Assembly (NCBI GenBank): GCA_964016885.1
Contig: OZ024742.1
Coordinates: 132,804,001 to 132,868,000 of the forward strand
Source: Eledone cirrhosa
Taxonomy: Eukaryota
Length of the DNA: 64,000 bases
Direction of reading: 5' to 3'
Position 1 is the stretch's first letter; each line of letters starts with the position of its first letter. This document shows positions 25,245 through 39,074 of this stretch, in pieces. The notes beneath the pieces were generated by a model that searched no databases, was not told the DNA's origin, and saw only the letters and a program-made list of their open reading frames with translations. The translations under genes and the position numbers were made by a program.

Positions 25245-25682
25245 ATAAATTAATAAAAATAATGAATAAAAACAAAGAAACACTTCCTTATATTAAAAAA
25301 TTCATCATTTTACGATCGTTTCTAGGATATATATGTGTGTGTTGGTATGTATATCATATAGATCTATGTAAAATGTTTACAAACTATCAGAGGGAATATA
25401 CATACCTACACATATATATGCTGTCTTCAGAAATAATGATATTTGTTTATTTCCATAAACAAATATCATTATTTCAATAAACAAATATCATTAATTCTGA
25501 AGACAGCATATATATGTGTAGGTATGTATATTCCCTCTGATAGTTTGTAAACATTTTACATAGATCTATATGATATACATACCAACACTAACATATATAT
25601 CCTAGAAACGATCGTAAAATGATGAATTTTTTAATATAAGGAACTGTTTCTTTGTTTTTATTCATTATTTTTATTAATTTAT
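25245..25682. mobile_element. Young fold-back element with two intact-core divergent HHRs
   Basis: ~205-bp nearly perfect inverted arms; TCATTA[T/A]TT-CTGAAGA..GAAA-CGATCG-TA-AAATGATGA at 25302-25439 (-) and 25488-25625 (+). Confidence 0.88.
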
Positions 25683-26048
25683 CTTGACTCTGTTTTCCTG
25701 TGTTTTTCATCGAAAACATTTTGAATACATCTTCTCTTTTCATGATATTTGGATTACATTGAGTTCTTCATACGCATTGGACACTACCGTATATTTTGGT
25801 AGATTTATCTATCTCTCTCTCTATATATATACAGTGCCCCGCAAAAGTTTACAACACATTAGGAAAAATGCGGTTTTAGGTATTTTTAATAAAGTTAGGG
25901 TAATGAAAATTTAACTACCGATAGAACATACAATGAGGCATTTAATGATACAATCATAGTTTTAAAAAAATAACAAGGAAATAACTCATGAAGAAAAATC
26001 AATATTTTTATAACGCAAAAGTTTACAACACATTTATTAAATCATCTC

Positions 26049-27055
26049 TTAATATTTCGTAGCGTAACCTTTGTTGCTAATTATAGCCTGCAGGGCGTTT
26101 GGAGTAGCCTCCTACAAACTTCTTGCATGTTTATTGGCTAATATTTATCCATTCTTCACAACAAATTTTCTTTAGTTCAGGGATATTTTGGGGTTTCTTT
26201 TTTTGAATTCTCTCCACAAATTTTCGATCGGGTTAAGATCTGGAGACTGACTTGGCCATTTTAGAACATTTATTCCATTCGTACTCAACCAAGATTGTGT
26301 TAGCTTTGCAGTATGCTTTGGATTGTTATCTTCTTGACAAAACCAACCTGGCTTTAAGCTGAGAGAATGTGCACTTTGATGTAAATTCCTTTGGAAAATA
26401 CCTCTATAATAAGTGCCACCCATTCTTCCTTCTATTATTTCAATATTTCCTACTCCTGTGGCACTAAAGCAACCCCAGACCATAATTGATCCACCTCCAA
26501 ATTTTACAGTTGGAATATTATTCTTCAGCGAATATTCAGTATCTTTCTTTCCCAGACTTTTGCCACAGCATTTCGACCAAAAATTCAATTTTTGTTTCGT
26601 CCGACTAAAGTACATCTTCCCAAAATGACGCAGGTTTGATGAGATGCTCATTTGCAAAGTTTAATCGACCAAGAACGTTGTTTCCTCGTAAGAAGTGATG
26701 TTTTCCTTGGAGACCTCGAGAAGATATTATATCGACGAAGTGAACGACTAATTGTATCTGTGCTCACTTTTACTCCACTTTCTTCTAGGTCATCCTGAAG
26801 ATTTTTAAGAGTACACCGGGGTTCGTTGCCAATCTTTCTCGTCAATAACCGAGCTGCACGTTCCGTTATCTTTCTAGGACAACAAGGACTAATTAGAGGA
26901 CAGATGGAATGATGAGATTTCCAGTGACGAATTGTACCAACTGAACTCAATGGCACATTTAACTGACAAGATATCTTTCTATAACCAACACCATTTGTAT
27001 GAAGGTCTACAATGCGTTTACAGAGGTCTTGATCAATCAGTTTATTTTTCCCCAT
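26049..27055 (-). pseudogene. Tc1 DD34E transposase, frameshifted
   Basis: MGKNK.. start, SDETK, PTVKFGGGSIMVWGCF, EDNNPKH to WPSQSPDLNPIE with 34 residues between D and E, ending GYATKY*. Confidence 0.95.
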
Positions 27056-27262
27056 ATTGTCCATGTTTACAGGACGGTTGTCAATGTTTACAGGATGGTT
27101 GTCAGACAAATAATGATGTAATGTTTTTAATAGTCCTTAGAAGTTACCTTAAACCTAATCTAGAACATTCTACTGAATATTAAATCTGAAAATTTAAGAA
27201 TTTTCTTGAAAAAAAGCGATAAATATAAAATGTGTTGTAAACTTTTGCGTTATAAACATATT

Positions 27263-27442
27263 TGTTTCTACTTTATGCACAAGTCCAGCAATTACCCAAT
27301 TCATTACTGGTACTTTATTTTATCGACCCCGTAAGGATGAAAGGCAAAGTCAACCTCGGCGGGATTTGAACTCAGATCGTAAAGGGACGTAACTATCCTG
27401 GAAAGCATGGCGTCCGACCCTCTACCGATACTGCCAATCCAC
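27263..27442 (-). mobile_element. SINE inserted in the Tc1 right TIR
   Basis: Full SINE flanked by imperfect TSD TAAACATATT/TAAAAATATT; the left TIR lacks it. Confidence 0.9.
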
Positions 27443-27625
27443 TAAAAATATTGATTTTTCTTCATGTGTTATTTCCTTGTTACTTTTTTAAAAATATGAT
27501 TGTATCATTAAATGCCTCACTATATGTTCTATCAGTAGTTAAATTTTCATTACCCTAACTTTATTAAAAATACCTAAAACTGCATTTTTCCTAATGTGTT
27601 GTAAACTTTTGCGGGGCACTGTATA

Positions 27626-27752
27626 TATTAAAATAACAGATGAAAGTTTAAGCAAATAATCGCTGCTTTAACCCTTAACGCGATCTCCTGAACGTGCCAT
27701 TAAGGGTGACAACAGCGATTCTTTGCTTACACTTTAATATGTTATTTTAATA
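27626..27752. repeat. ~125-bp imperfect hairpin, MITE-like
   Basis: TATTAAAATAACA..TAAGCAAATAATCGCTG..ACCCTTAA pairs with TTAAGGGT..CAGCGATTCTTTGCTTA..TGTTATTTTAATA. Confidence 0.75.
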
Positions 27753-28067
27753 AATATTTGCTCTAGTGTCTTTATATATTTGATATATATTTATCCTTAT
27801 CGAGCCCTCTTTGGATTTTTGTCTTCACATTTATTAATATTACTATATATATTTTTTTTTAATATGGAAAGGCTTCTACAGGACAAGAACTGTTTCATTC
27901 AGGAGAAATCATCAGCTTTCCTGTTGATTTCTCTGCTTTGTTTTGAGTACCTTATATATATATACATATATATATCACGATATAGATTCCATACACTGGT
28001 GGTTTTTCCCTGTTTGATTGATGGAGCACTGTCTCTCTCTCTGGTCCGTTATCTTTTCAACATATTG

Positions 28068-28111
<44 letters not shown>

Positions 28112-28112
<1 letters not shown>

Positions 28113-31100
28113 TAGCAGTTTAGCCCGGTGTTGCTCGGGTTTATTCATTTGTTATGGAAAGTTACATACAGTTAAACGTGGCTTGAAAGCGAATAAGCTT
28201 ATCAATTAAGTGCATAAAGCAGTTGAACCGGATATTAAAAGTTACGAACCAATTAGCATTTTGGACAATCAATGATTGGTTAATTATCTTCCAATAGCGA
28301 ATTTAGCACACCAAAGTTGCAAGATGGTGGCCCTGATGCCGCTGGGTGACACATCTGTCCGCCATGGTTGACGCTACCAGGAATTAGTTTTCCAGACGGC
28401 ATAGCTCCAACAACTCCAACACCTGCACCAACATCTATAGCACCTCTTTGTAGACGATATTGCGTGTAATCCCTTGAGGAGTGTAAGCGCAAAGTGCATT
28501 CCTGCTCCCTACCTGGGAACAGGCAACATACAGTTGACCATGGGAGAGGTATGTCTCCCCCAAATGGATGCCCGCTACCTACAATGTTTGCCCTTGTGAC
28601 CTGTTAATGGACCTGTCAAAACATCGTCTCATCGGGAAAATCGGATCGACGGAAATCGAACGGGATATCTGAGACCGAGGGGAAAAGGTTCATCCTTGGA
28701 ATGAAAATAGTCTCCCGTCTCCCGCTCCCCGTTACAATGGTGGCCTCAATCAAGTGGGGCGTCATTGACTTGACGACCATGCGAGTACCGTTGCACTGCT
28801 TTGGTGGGCGCATGTCCCTTATTAGCTTAATGAGACAGCCAACCCTAAGCTTAGAGAATGGGAGGTGGGAGCCCTGAGGCTCAAGGGAATTTAATAACTC
28901 AACAGGATAATTAAAGATATCGTCGGGGTCTGACGTCCGGTCGATAGATTTGAAGATGTGCTCTTTACCGGGAATTTTCTCAATCAGTTGCTCGTTAATA
29001 AAATTAATCATGGCATCTTTCGGAGCAATGATGGCCCTTTCGCTGAGCCAATCGAACGTTTTAAAGTTAGATGAGACATTTGGAAAAACTGCCTCCCAAA
29101 GGTCAGAAGGGCTGCTCACAATGTTGCACAGGGAGTGGATTGTTATGCCGCCCTTGTAATCCGCAGGGACCTTGCCCTCACCAAGTTCTAAAATGTTCTC
29201 AGCAAATGCTGCAAACATGTTGTTACCATGCAAATGAGCACGCATATTTGTACAAAGTCTTCACCTGGGGCCACAACGTGGACGACTTAAGGCAGGCACG
29301 CACTTCATCAGCTCTTGTCCCTTTGGGTATGACAGGCAGCGTTTGCAGAAAATCCCCTGATAGCAGAAGGGTTACGCCACCTATAGGAGCCGTAGAATCC
29401 CTAATCTCTTTCAGGGTCCCGTCCAATGCCTCAAGGGCACCCTTTTGTGCCATTAGGCACTAATCCAAAACAATGAGGCAACATTTTTTGAGAACCAGAA
29501 CTTCGTGTGAGCTCTTGCCGATATTGCATGTTGGTGTCGCAGTTTTTACTAAATCCAAGGGGAGTTTAAAGGTTGAATGTGCTGTCCTGCCTCTCAGCAG
29601 CAAAGTAGCAGCGATCCCTGACGATGCAACGGCCAACGCAATTTTTTTCTTCTGACAAATCTTAGCCGGAATCAATTTTGTTACAAAAGTTTTTCCGGTA
29701 CCCCCAGGAGCATCGAGAAAGTAAATACCCCCAGTCTGATTTTGAACCGCGTCAATGATAGTTAAATAGGCCAACCTTTGGTCCGACAGACGTTTGGGCT
29801 CATTTTCCTCTAAGTATTGGGAAAGAGATTCGATGTCATATGCTGTTTCCTGCAATAAATCTGGGGCCAACGTGTTAACTTCATTTGTAACGGTTGACGG
29901 CAAGCCATACGTCGCCAACTTACTCCCACTCATGTCGAGGAAGGCGTCCTCGATATCAATGAGTACCCTGTTGTAGATAATGCCGCTGTAAGCAACGTCC
30001 ACTGAAGGATACTGCAGATGAGCCAGGCGCAGGAAATCCTCAGACATGATGTCTCTGTACTTGACCCATAAAGATTTGGATTCACACTTTTGAAGCAAAA
30101 TGGCAAATAGTTCCTGTAGACCTTTAGGTGATTTCAACAAAGCACCCTCTGCTAAAGTGGAATCCCATTGCGAATTATCGTCCAAAAAACCACGCTTAAA
30201 GCAGGCTTCCCGGTACGTATCACATATTTCTCCATTAACAGTTTTGAGGTCCTGAACACTTTGTGGGTCTACAACTTCATGCAGAAGAAGGCGGAGATGA
30301 AAGCACTCATGCTGACTTGGGGGCACAGTTTAAAACCTTCCAAGACAGCTGTCAAATTTTACACCAGGATGTCTTTCAACAGCCTGACCTGACATTCTTC
30401 GCACCCATGTGTTATTCGACCATATAAAGTTGGATGGAACCTGGGGGTACACAATTGTTTGCGCAAATGTATCGAACTGGCAAAGTTTGAAGAAACCTGT
30501 TAGAGTGGTCTCTTTCGGATCGGCGGCCAGCTTGGCGGCGGTTTGGTCCGTAAAGTAAACCCTTTGCCCATTTTCCAAATGTTCCGCATGCTGTACGATG
30601 GCGGGGTGCCGTTGGTGTAGGGGGAAATCAAATAGGCGCCAAAAAGCTTCATTGCTACTGATGTACCGCCCCGCCAGGTATTCTGTGAACTCATCAGAGC
30701 CCTTATTTACATATTTGCATATGTATATTGACGGAGTTGCCAAACTCAACGTTGATGTGGGCGTTGAACATCTTCAAGAGAAGCGGGCAGTAAGGGACCA
30801 CACATCTATTGTCGATTGACCTCCCGTTACTGCTGTGGTGAAGCCACTGTTCTCGGGCCGTCTCCGCCTGTACAGGGGGTACCCATCGTCACCAGTCTGA
30901 GTCTCGTCAACAATTTTTGGGGGGTATCCCTTACTGCACGACGCCCTTTCAGACACGTGTGATGCCCATTAGGACTCGACGCACACGGACCATGTTAGCT
31001 TTGACGATGTCATGTAATTCCTGGTCAGTTGCTGGGTTAGGGATTTCAGCCGAAATGAAGCTTCTATGGCATTTGAATTGATTTTATCAGCTAACCAAAT

Positions 31101-31959
31101 CAAAATGTGAGCATGTGGCAGCCCTCGTTTTTGCCATTCGGCGGTGGACATGTCACATTTTACAGCCCCAAATACCTGACCTTTTTTGATTAAAGCCATG
31201 AGTTTAGCCAGTTTCAGTCTGAACACTCTGGCAATGAGATCATGTCTGTTCGAATAATTTTGCCCAGGAAAAAGTTCACGGGTTACATTCCGATTCATAT
31301 GTCTATAGCATTAATCTGTTATATGATGTGTTATTTTGCGGGTTGTTATTTGCAATAAGCCGATTGAAAATGCCCCAGATAAGCCGTATAGCAATACGGA
31401 ACGCTCCGCTGCAGTGTTGTCATATAGGGAGTGAAGAGCGTCAGAAAGAGTAAAGCTATGGTGGTTGTGTTGCTTAGGTTTCAAAGTTTGTGTTGCGTTC
31501 CTTCAAAAGAAGTTTTGTCGTTCTAAATTGTAATGTTGATAGGGTAGTAGACGGAGGCAGTAACCTTTTAAAGAGAGTTGCAGAGGAGATTGAGGAAGGG
31601 GGGGAGTAGAGAGAGTGATGAACCGTTTAAAGAGAGTTGCAGAGGAGATTGAGAGTGGAGTAGAGGGAAATATGAACTTTTTAAAGAGAGTTGCAACATG
31701 TATGTAGTTTCATATATTTTTGATAGTAGTAGTGAGAGGAATGAAGCATGTAAGATAGAGGGTTACAGCATATATTTAGTTTTATCGATTTTTTTTCATA
31801 GAAGCAGGACATGTTTGGCAAAAATAATTACGTGTTGACCTGCCCTGGTAAATTTGGAGGACATTGGAAAAAAAATCATCAAAATCGGTAGAGAAATGTG
31901 GAAATACATAAAAATCATACACACACAGAGACAGACATCTACCGTTTTATATATATAGA
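28112..31959 (-). mobile_element. Helitron, decayed autonomous type with internal deletions
   Basis: Minus strand begins A|TCTATATATATAAAACG and ends CCCGAGCAACACCGGG hairpin..CTAG|T; contains RepHel remnants. Confidence 0.93.
28500..31298 (-). pseudogene. Helitron RepHel (HUH endonuclease plus PIF1-like SF1 helicase), disrupted
   Basis: EWQKRGLPHAHIL, KYVNKG, RYISSNEA, DAPGGTGKT, GRTAHS, SGDFLQTLPVI, CNGTR, QGQTL, QLYVACS. Confidence 0.95.
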
Positions 31960-31983
31960 TATATATATAAACAGGTCTCGGAT

Positions 31984-32016
<33 letters not shown>

Positions 32017-32392
32017 AATCAGTAGAGCAAATATTTAAAAGTTTAAAAGTTTAAGAAATGAATTTCTGCTTTCACCCAAAAATGGATGATGTGAAACTGA
32101 GAAAAATGAATCTGCAGAAACTGTTTGAGTAGTCTTCGAAAACATTATAACCAAATATTGTCTTTCGAAAAAAAGGAAGATATAACGGTACTGTATGGCG
32201 ACGTTGTCTTGAGGTGAGTGAAATATATGCAAAGAATATAACATCAATATGTGGGACGGAAAGAACAAATTCGTGCTTTAAAAAATCATATATATATATA
32301 TATATATATTCACATACACACACACACAGACACACACACATATATATATACGTATGTGTGTGTGTGTGTGTGTGTGTGTAAATATATACATA

Positions 32393-34139
32393 CTAGCAGC
32401 AGTACCCTGCGTTGGCCGCGGTAGGAAACGCGAATAGAACAGGCATATGCAAAGATTGAGGAATGTAGCTCTGTAGTTTTTTAATACCCTTATTCTCAGG
32501 AAATGATTGTTCATCTATTGGAAACGTAGAACACCAGCAAGCCCGAATCGTGAAACATATGCATGCATGTTCAACATATGGAGAAAATCAGCTGGATACT
32601 CTTTAAGTGTACTAAATCTTAGTGTATGATTTTTCTTCCATTTGGAGAAAATCGTTTAGGTAATTTTTCGAGCTATATAGATTCACACCCAGTCATCCGG
32701 ACAGACATCATCAGTTATGTCTATTGCACCTGCATGCATACTCTACAGAGTAAAATCTGCAATGCGTGAGTAAGACATGTCCTGCAACCGCACAGCATAT
32801 TACGCCTTCCCCACAGAAGACCATAGCCTCTTCGTAAATCAGCCCAATCAGATATAGACCTTTGGTTTAAGGTGTTCACCTTAAACCAAAGGAAACAGAC
32901 ATTTTTGTTAAGAAACAAAAGTAAAAGTAAACCAGGCTTGTTAAAGAAATGGCGATAATGTACCTACCTTCTCGCTCTTGCACTTAAAACACTGTTATAT
33001 CTGATGCTGAATGCTTTGGAGTTAACATTGTGTCGCCATCAACAATTTCAAGTGGAGGCCCTAAAAAGGGCCGTGTGCGCGTTCACTGGTAGCACTTAAA
33101 AGGACTTTGCATGCGTTCAATGACATCCCTTAAAGTGACTCTGTTTGCCTTCTCTGGTAGCCCTAAAAAGGAGGGGTCACCATTAACAATGTCATGTGGG
33201 GGACCCTAAAAAGGGCCGTGTAAGCGTTCACCTGTAGCGCTTAAAAGGACTGTGTATGCGTTCACTGACAGCCCTAAAAAGGACTTTGTGTGCGTTCATT
33301 GGCAGCCCTTAGAATGACTCTGTATACGTTCACGATTTGTTCAAACACCTTAAATTGTCACGGAGATTGTCATGGGAGAGGGGGGTCTTCTCTGGAGGCG
33401 TTCACCTTGAACCAAGGGAAATAGACGTTTTAGATAAGAAACAAAATAAAAGCGTGACAAAAGGAGTCACCGTGGAATTAGCACACCCGCTGTTGGGCGT
33501 ACTGCGGTGTAGGTGCAACAAAAGGGGCGTTAGTAGTAGTAACACAGACCTGAGTGTGATAGTGTCAATAACACGGCAACGTACAAAAGGCCCAAATTTG
33601 CGCGTGACGAAACACGAAACATCAACAAAGCGCCGACAAACATTTTAAGGTCCATCTCCTTTCCTCAATCCGCCAAAAATGGTCCTGCTTAAAAGTAAGT
33701 GTTGTATCCTATGTTAAATAAACCAAATGTTTAACGAAATATTATACGCTACTTAAGATGTTTAAGTAGCGCTTATATTGAAAATGAAAATGGCATGTAA
33801 TCCCCAATGCTATTTCTTAAATTTCCTAGAAACTATTAAGGAAATCGGAAATCTTTTGTCTGCAGCAATGCGAGGGGACTAACTAATGTGTGCTGCAAAT
33901 TTCAAGGAAATCGGCTGGATTATCTTTAAGTTACGCCTCAAAAAAGCCTAAAAATGCCTTTAAAATGTAGTTGTTCGCCCAATGCAAGTTCTAGGGCAGA
34001 AAATTTTGTTTTAATTTTAAGTTTGAAAAAAAGTGGTCGGGTACTTCTCGAGTTTTAGGGATTTACACAGACTGACAGACACAGACAGAGAGACAAACAC
34101 ACACCGACAGACAGACATTCTACGTTTTATATATATAGA
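32393..34139 (-). mobile_element. Non-autonomous Helitron with internal ~33-bp minisatellite (33040-33330)
   Basis: 5' A|TCTATATATATAAAACG shared with the 28-32 kb element; 3' CCGCGGCCAACGCAGGG..CTAG|T; repeats of CCCTAAAAAGG..GCGTTCA. Confidence 0.8.
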
Positions 34140-34152
34140 TATGTACATATCC

Positions 34153-34190
<38 letters not shown>

Positions 34191-34321
34191 GCAAAAGTTC
34201 TATTTAAAATTGTTGGGATACAACAAGTAAATATTTTTATAACTGATATAAAGCACTCGACAAGTATTTGGAGTAGATATACGATATTAATAAATGGAAA
34301 CTATATTTATAAAACCATATT

Positions 34322-34386
34322 TATTTCATTATACATATTTCAGGGATACCAAATTAAATTATGGTATGCCTTCATCAGACAAAATA
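34322..34386 (-). ncRNA. Type I hammerhead ribozyme
   Basis: TATTTTGT-CTGATGA-AGGcATACCA..TGGTATcCCT-GAAA-TATGTA-TA-ATGAAATA; 8-bp stem I including G-U pairs. Confidence 0.85.
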
Positions 34387-34694
34387 CAATATATAACAGT
34401 TTTACAAATAAGCTTTGAAGTACCCTTTTAAAATGCAACCATTATTTTTGGAAGCCATCTGGATAGTGAATTGTTTATATTATTTTAATAAGTCTTAGTG
34501 TTAAGGACAATTAGAAATGGAAAAAGATGAGTATTGACATACGTCAATACTCATCTTTTTCCATTTCTCCGAGGGTTCTTCACCCCACTATCAGGCTAAA
34601 TAATTTCTTTAATTTCTTTAGTCAAAATACGGCGATAGCTGACATTTCTAATAATTTCAAATCCACTCGCTGTTTCGAAAATATTCTTACATGC

Positions 34695-34727
<33 letters not shown>

Positions 34728-35758
34728 CTACACCATATTTCGATAAGGCATGCATCCACACCGGTCAGCGCATACTTACCTATGAGCCTAAATCTGAAAT
34801 CATTAATATGACTATTTTCATTATTATTATTAGTTTTACTGTTATTAATATCTTAGAGTAATTTTACGACTATCAATATAATTTTCCATATATTGTAGCT
34901 GGACATTTTTCGACTAATATAAAACGAATATTAATCTTCTGATTTTTTCATAGCAACATTTGTTCTCTCCACTCCATATAATGACTTAATTCTCCTGACA
35001 TTTCACACATCTAAAGAGAACGTCCTCATGTACTACTGTTGTCTTCCTGTTTTCTGAAAGCAATATTTAGTCGTAATGGTTTTGAAACTTTGCTCATGCG
35101 TATACAAATTGTTTTTTCTCAGTTTCTCATGATCTTCTTAGGGCAAAAGCAGAAATCTATTGCTTAACATTTAAATTTGTATTAATAATATGACATGTAT
35201 TAATAATATGACTTCAATATATATATGATGGCTGGAACTCGATTTCGAGTTATGCCATTGCTTGATAGTTAAGCATGATCATCACAGACGTTGTGTTTTA
35301 GTCCTGTTAGGAACTTGCATATGGCCAGCAATACCATGCATCGCCAAAAATGTCACATGTCAAGCGATGTCTGTGCTTCAATCTTTTTTAAGTGAGGAAA
35401 GGCTTTGTACGGAGCCAGGTCCACTCTCTAAACATTGGATGTATTTGCCCCAAAAGAACAGGTCTACATCATTGGAGGCAAACGTAGTCGCAGGTTAATA
35501 TCAGAGTGACAGTCTTCTAGAGATATGTCTTAATGAAGACTAGGAGTCACTCGCTCCACAAAAAAAAAAAAAAATTATCAACTGCCCATTGATTCTCCCG
35601 AGTTTCTCCGCCATTTGACGGGTTTTGCTTTTCATTGCGGAAGATGTCCAAATTCAAGCTTGGTGGGGTTGCCGGTTTAGTCGCCGACAACCCGACCATG
35701 CACAGGTTGTACTGGGCTACATGTTACTGGTGGCAATGAAGAGTGACATCACATACAT

Positions 35759-35849
<91 letters not shown>

Positions 35850-35956
35850 ATTTACGTAGACAACGGAGCATATGTGCATAAACACACCTGCACAGTGTCG
35901 TATTTGTGACAGTATTGTATTAGCTCAATGTACAATAACAGAGAGAGAGAGAGAAT

Positions 35957-36659
35957 AAATCGAAGAACGCCTATTTACTGAAACAATTTTTATTCGCCGA
36001 CAATGTTTCATCCATACCGTGGTGAACATTCTAATATTGACTATTGTGATGTTCGTAGAACCTGTGATTTACCTATGAACCCATAGTTAGGGCAGATAAG
36101 ATCTATGACTCTAAGACATGTGAGATTAATTTGCCTTACCTGCCTCATATGGTGCATTATGCATGTATCATTTAATTACTTCTGTGTACATTCACTTGCC
36201 TCTGTTTCTCGTTTGATACTCTATGACTCTAAGTCATGGAAAACTAACTCACCTGTCTTCTATAGTGACCAATGCATACCTTCTTTTGTTGATTTTGTGT
36301 GCCTTCACATGCCTCAATTTCTTTTTCTCTCTTTTTTAATTATCTTTAATTGCTTTTAATTGCTTTTGTGTACCTTCACATGCGTCAGTTTATTGTGAGA
36401 ATATTCTACTTGTATTCTCATATTTTGCTATAATGTTGACTAACAACCCCATTACGCATTTTCTCCATCCTTCTCATCTCCAGTCTCCCTCTTATTATCC
36501 TGTAAGGTATCTCTACTGTTCTGGTGACTAAGCTTGGTAGAGCTTATATTCAACACTATTTTTTTTGTTTATAACGCTCTGATGATCCTTGCCCCACGGT
36601 ATGGATGAAACATTGTCAGCGAATAAAATTTGTTTCAGTATATAGGCGTTCTTTGATTT
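35957..36659 (+). mobile_element. Non-coding element with ~65-bp inverted termini; complete HHR at the 3' end, inverted half-HHR at the 5' end
   Basis: 35957-36022 is the reverse complement of 36594-36659. Confidence 0.75.
36575..36621 (+). ncRNA. Minimal type I hammerhead ribozyme
   Basis: CGCT-CTGATGA-TCC..GGAt-GAAA-CattG-TC-AGCG; GUC triplet. Confidence 0.8.
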
Positions 36660-36671
36660 CTTTTATCTCTC

Positions 36672-36820
<149 letters not shown>

Positions 36821-39030
36821 TCACGGTGTACATCTTCATTCTATGAAAAATAGAATTTCTATATCTATGGTTAGAATTGTGGTGTTTGAGAATGGTAGAG
36901 AACTCTATATTAGATCTTATGACATACTCTCAATATGTCAGTAATTCTCATCGGCATTGAAGATTTATACCTTGAATTGTCAGTCTGCTTCTTCTTTATT
37001 ATTTCACATCGAGTTTATTCCCCTTTGTCGTATCGATCTATTTTTCGCTTTGTCATTTTTAGTATCCTGTTTTTAATTATTTTCTAGAAATATTTCTGTG
37101 GTTTTTTTCACGTGAGTTCCCAAGATACTAGTCTGTTTCACATATTCATTCATATACACTGTTCCCTCTCTTGTTGTCTCGCAACTTCTCCCTATTTAAT
37201 TTTCCTATCTCTCAGTTGTCGTCTTTTATGTCCCTTCCTATTTGTATATTTATCTTCCTTAGACTCTTTTTCATTTTTTTTTTATTGTTATTATTTTGTC
37301 AATAACTTATTCACAACTCTCTACTTTTGCTTTTCTCTTTCAAACACATTAGCAATTATTTAATTAGTCAGTTTTCAATCTATTTCTTCCACTTTCTCTG
37401 CAATTCCTTACCTTCCATCCGTCTAGATTACTTGATATTACTTGATAACTATCTTCACACCCTCCTTTCTACAATCACTCAATCTATATCTATTTATTAT
37501 CCGACTTACTCATTGCCTTCAAGCTATTCTAATTCACCGTTTCATCTAATAGTATGAGATAAGCTCTTGATAATGTCCACTAAATTAAAACTAGGTGAGA
37601 AAGACGTGAAGTAAAATGAACAATTGTGAAAGTGAAGAGGCGCAGTGGCGTAGGACGTTCTGGTGTGTTAACGTAGAATGGGTATAAGAATGGAATCTGG
37701 CCTGGTGATGAATGCGACCGTATTGTAGTGTATGAACGTAGTTGGGGAGTAGAAATGAAGCAAGCTTGCATCCACTTGGAAACCTGCCCAAGGTATTAAT
37801 GTAGAAGATGGAAAGAAAGGAGAGTAGAGAGAAACTTATCAAACTAATGACAGGTAAATTCTTGCGGGGAGAATATATGAAGAGAAAGCACTCTATTCAA
37901 CCAGTGGTGGCAAGAACATTATTGCGAAGACAAGTGGCAGGAAACTAAATGAGAGAGAGAGAGAAAAAGAGAGATAAAGGAAGACAGAGAAAACGAATGA
38001 AAGAGAACATGAATAGACCGATATATACAAACAGAAATACAAACAAATATACACACAATCGCACACAAACTCAAACACACAAATGCACGCAGACACAAAC
38101 ACTGACAAACGCAATTATATGGTTGTGTATATACATTTGTGAATGCTATGTTTTCTCCAACGTAGATTTTTGTTAATTAAAATGCCTGTGATATGTTGTT
38201 GACGGTCCTATAAATAGAGGTAATCGATATTTGAATAAATGCGTATATATATAATTATATATATATATGTGTGCGTATGTGCGTATGGTTGAGTGTTTGT
38301 GTATGTGTATTTATATGTATTCATGTATATATATATATATACATATATACAACTACATATATGTTCAGGTGAATATATCAGTTTGTACATTCCCACAGGC
38401 ACACAAGTCCACACACATGCACATAGACCCACATATAGACACACACAAACATCACTCACACACACATACATACACACTTTCATATATATCTATATATATA
38501 TATAAATTATCACGAGATAAACAATTTGTGATATATTTGTTTGAGAATTGGGAATTTTTGGAATATAAGTATTGTTATATCTTCCTCCATACTCCTCCTC
38601 TCACAGACAGTATTGACAAGACATATCTACCGTCTGCTCACTACTATGGCAACAGCTATTTGTAGTCATCTACCTATGTTTGTTTTTCTGTGGATGTGTA
38701 TGTCGGTGTAAGTACGTGTTTGAACACAGAACGTCATATCTCTCTCTTTGTATGTCTAACTGACTCTCTATGTGTTCATTTGTCTATTTCGCTATCTACC
38801 ACCCTTGTTACCCACCTATCAACCTACCTCTCTTTCTGTCCTTATGTATAGAGCTATCTGTATAACTATGTATTTACTAAGGATGAGTGATCGACGCTTT
38901 AGTTCAACTTATTTTATTCCTCATCATGCGTAACTCCTGTTTAGCAAATGACCAGCTCGGTGTTTCAATCGCTTAAAACTAGCTCAACTACAGTATATAT
39001 GACCGTAAGGTGCAACAGAGGTTAACATCG

Positions 39031-39074
<44 letters not shown>

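Larger units (their letters stand above)
25832..27621 (-). mobile_element. Tc1-family DNA transposon with IR/DR-type TIRs
   Basis: TA|CAGTGCCCCGCAAAAGTTT..AAACTTTTGCGGGGCACTG|TA; ~200-bp TIRs each with two GCAAAAGTTTACAACACATT repeats. Confidence 0.97.

Noticed and set aside
33040-33330. Regularly spaced repeats resembling a CRISPR array
   Set aside because: Degenerate minisatellite without unique spacers, inside a eukaryotic Helitron, no cas genes.
35210-35700. DLFFWG mariner-like fragment
   Set aside because: One short motif and no TIRs found.
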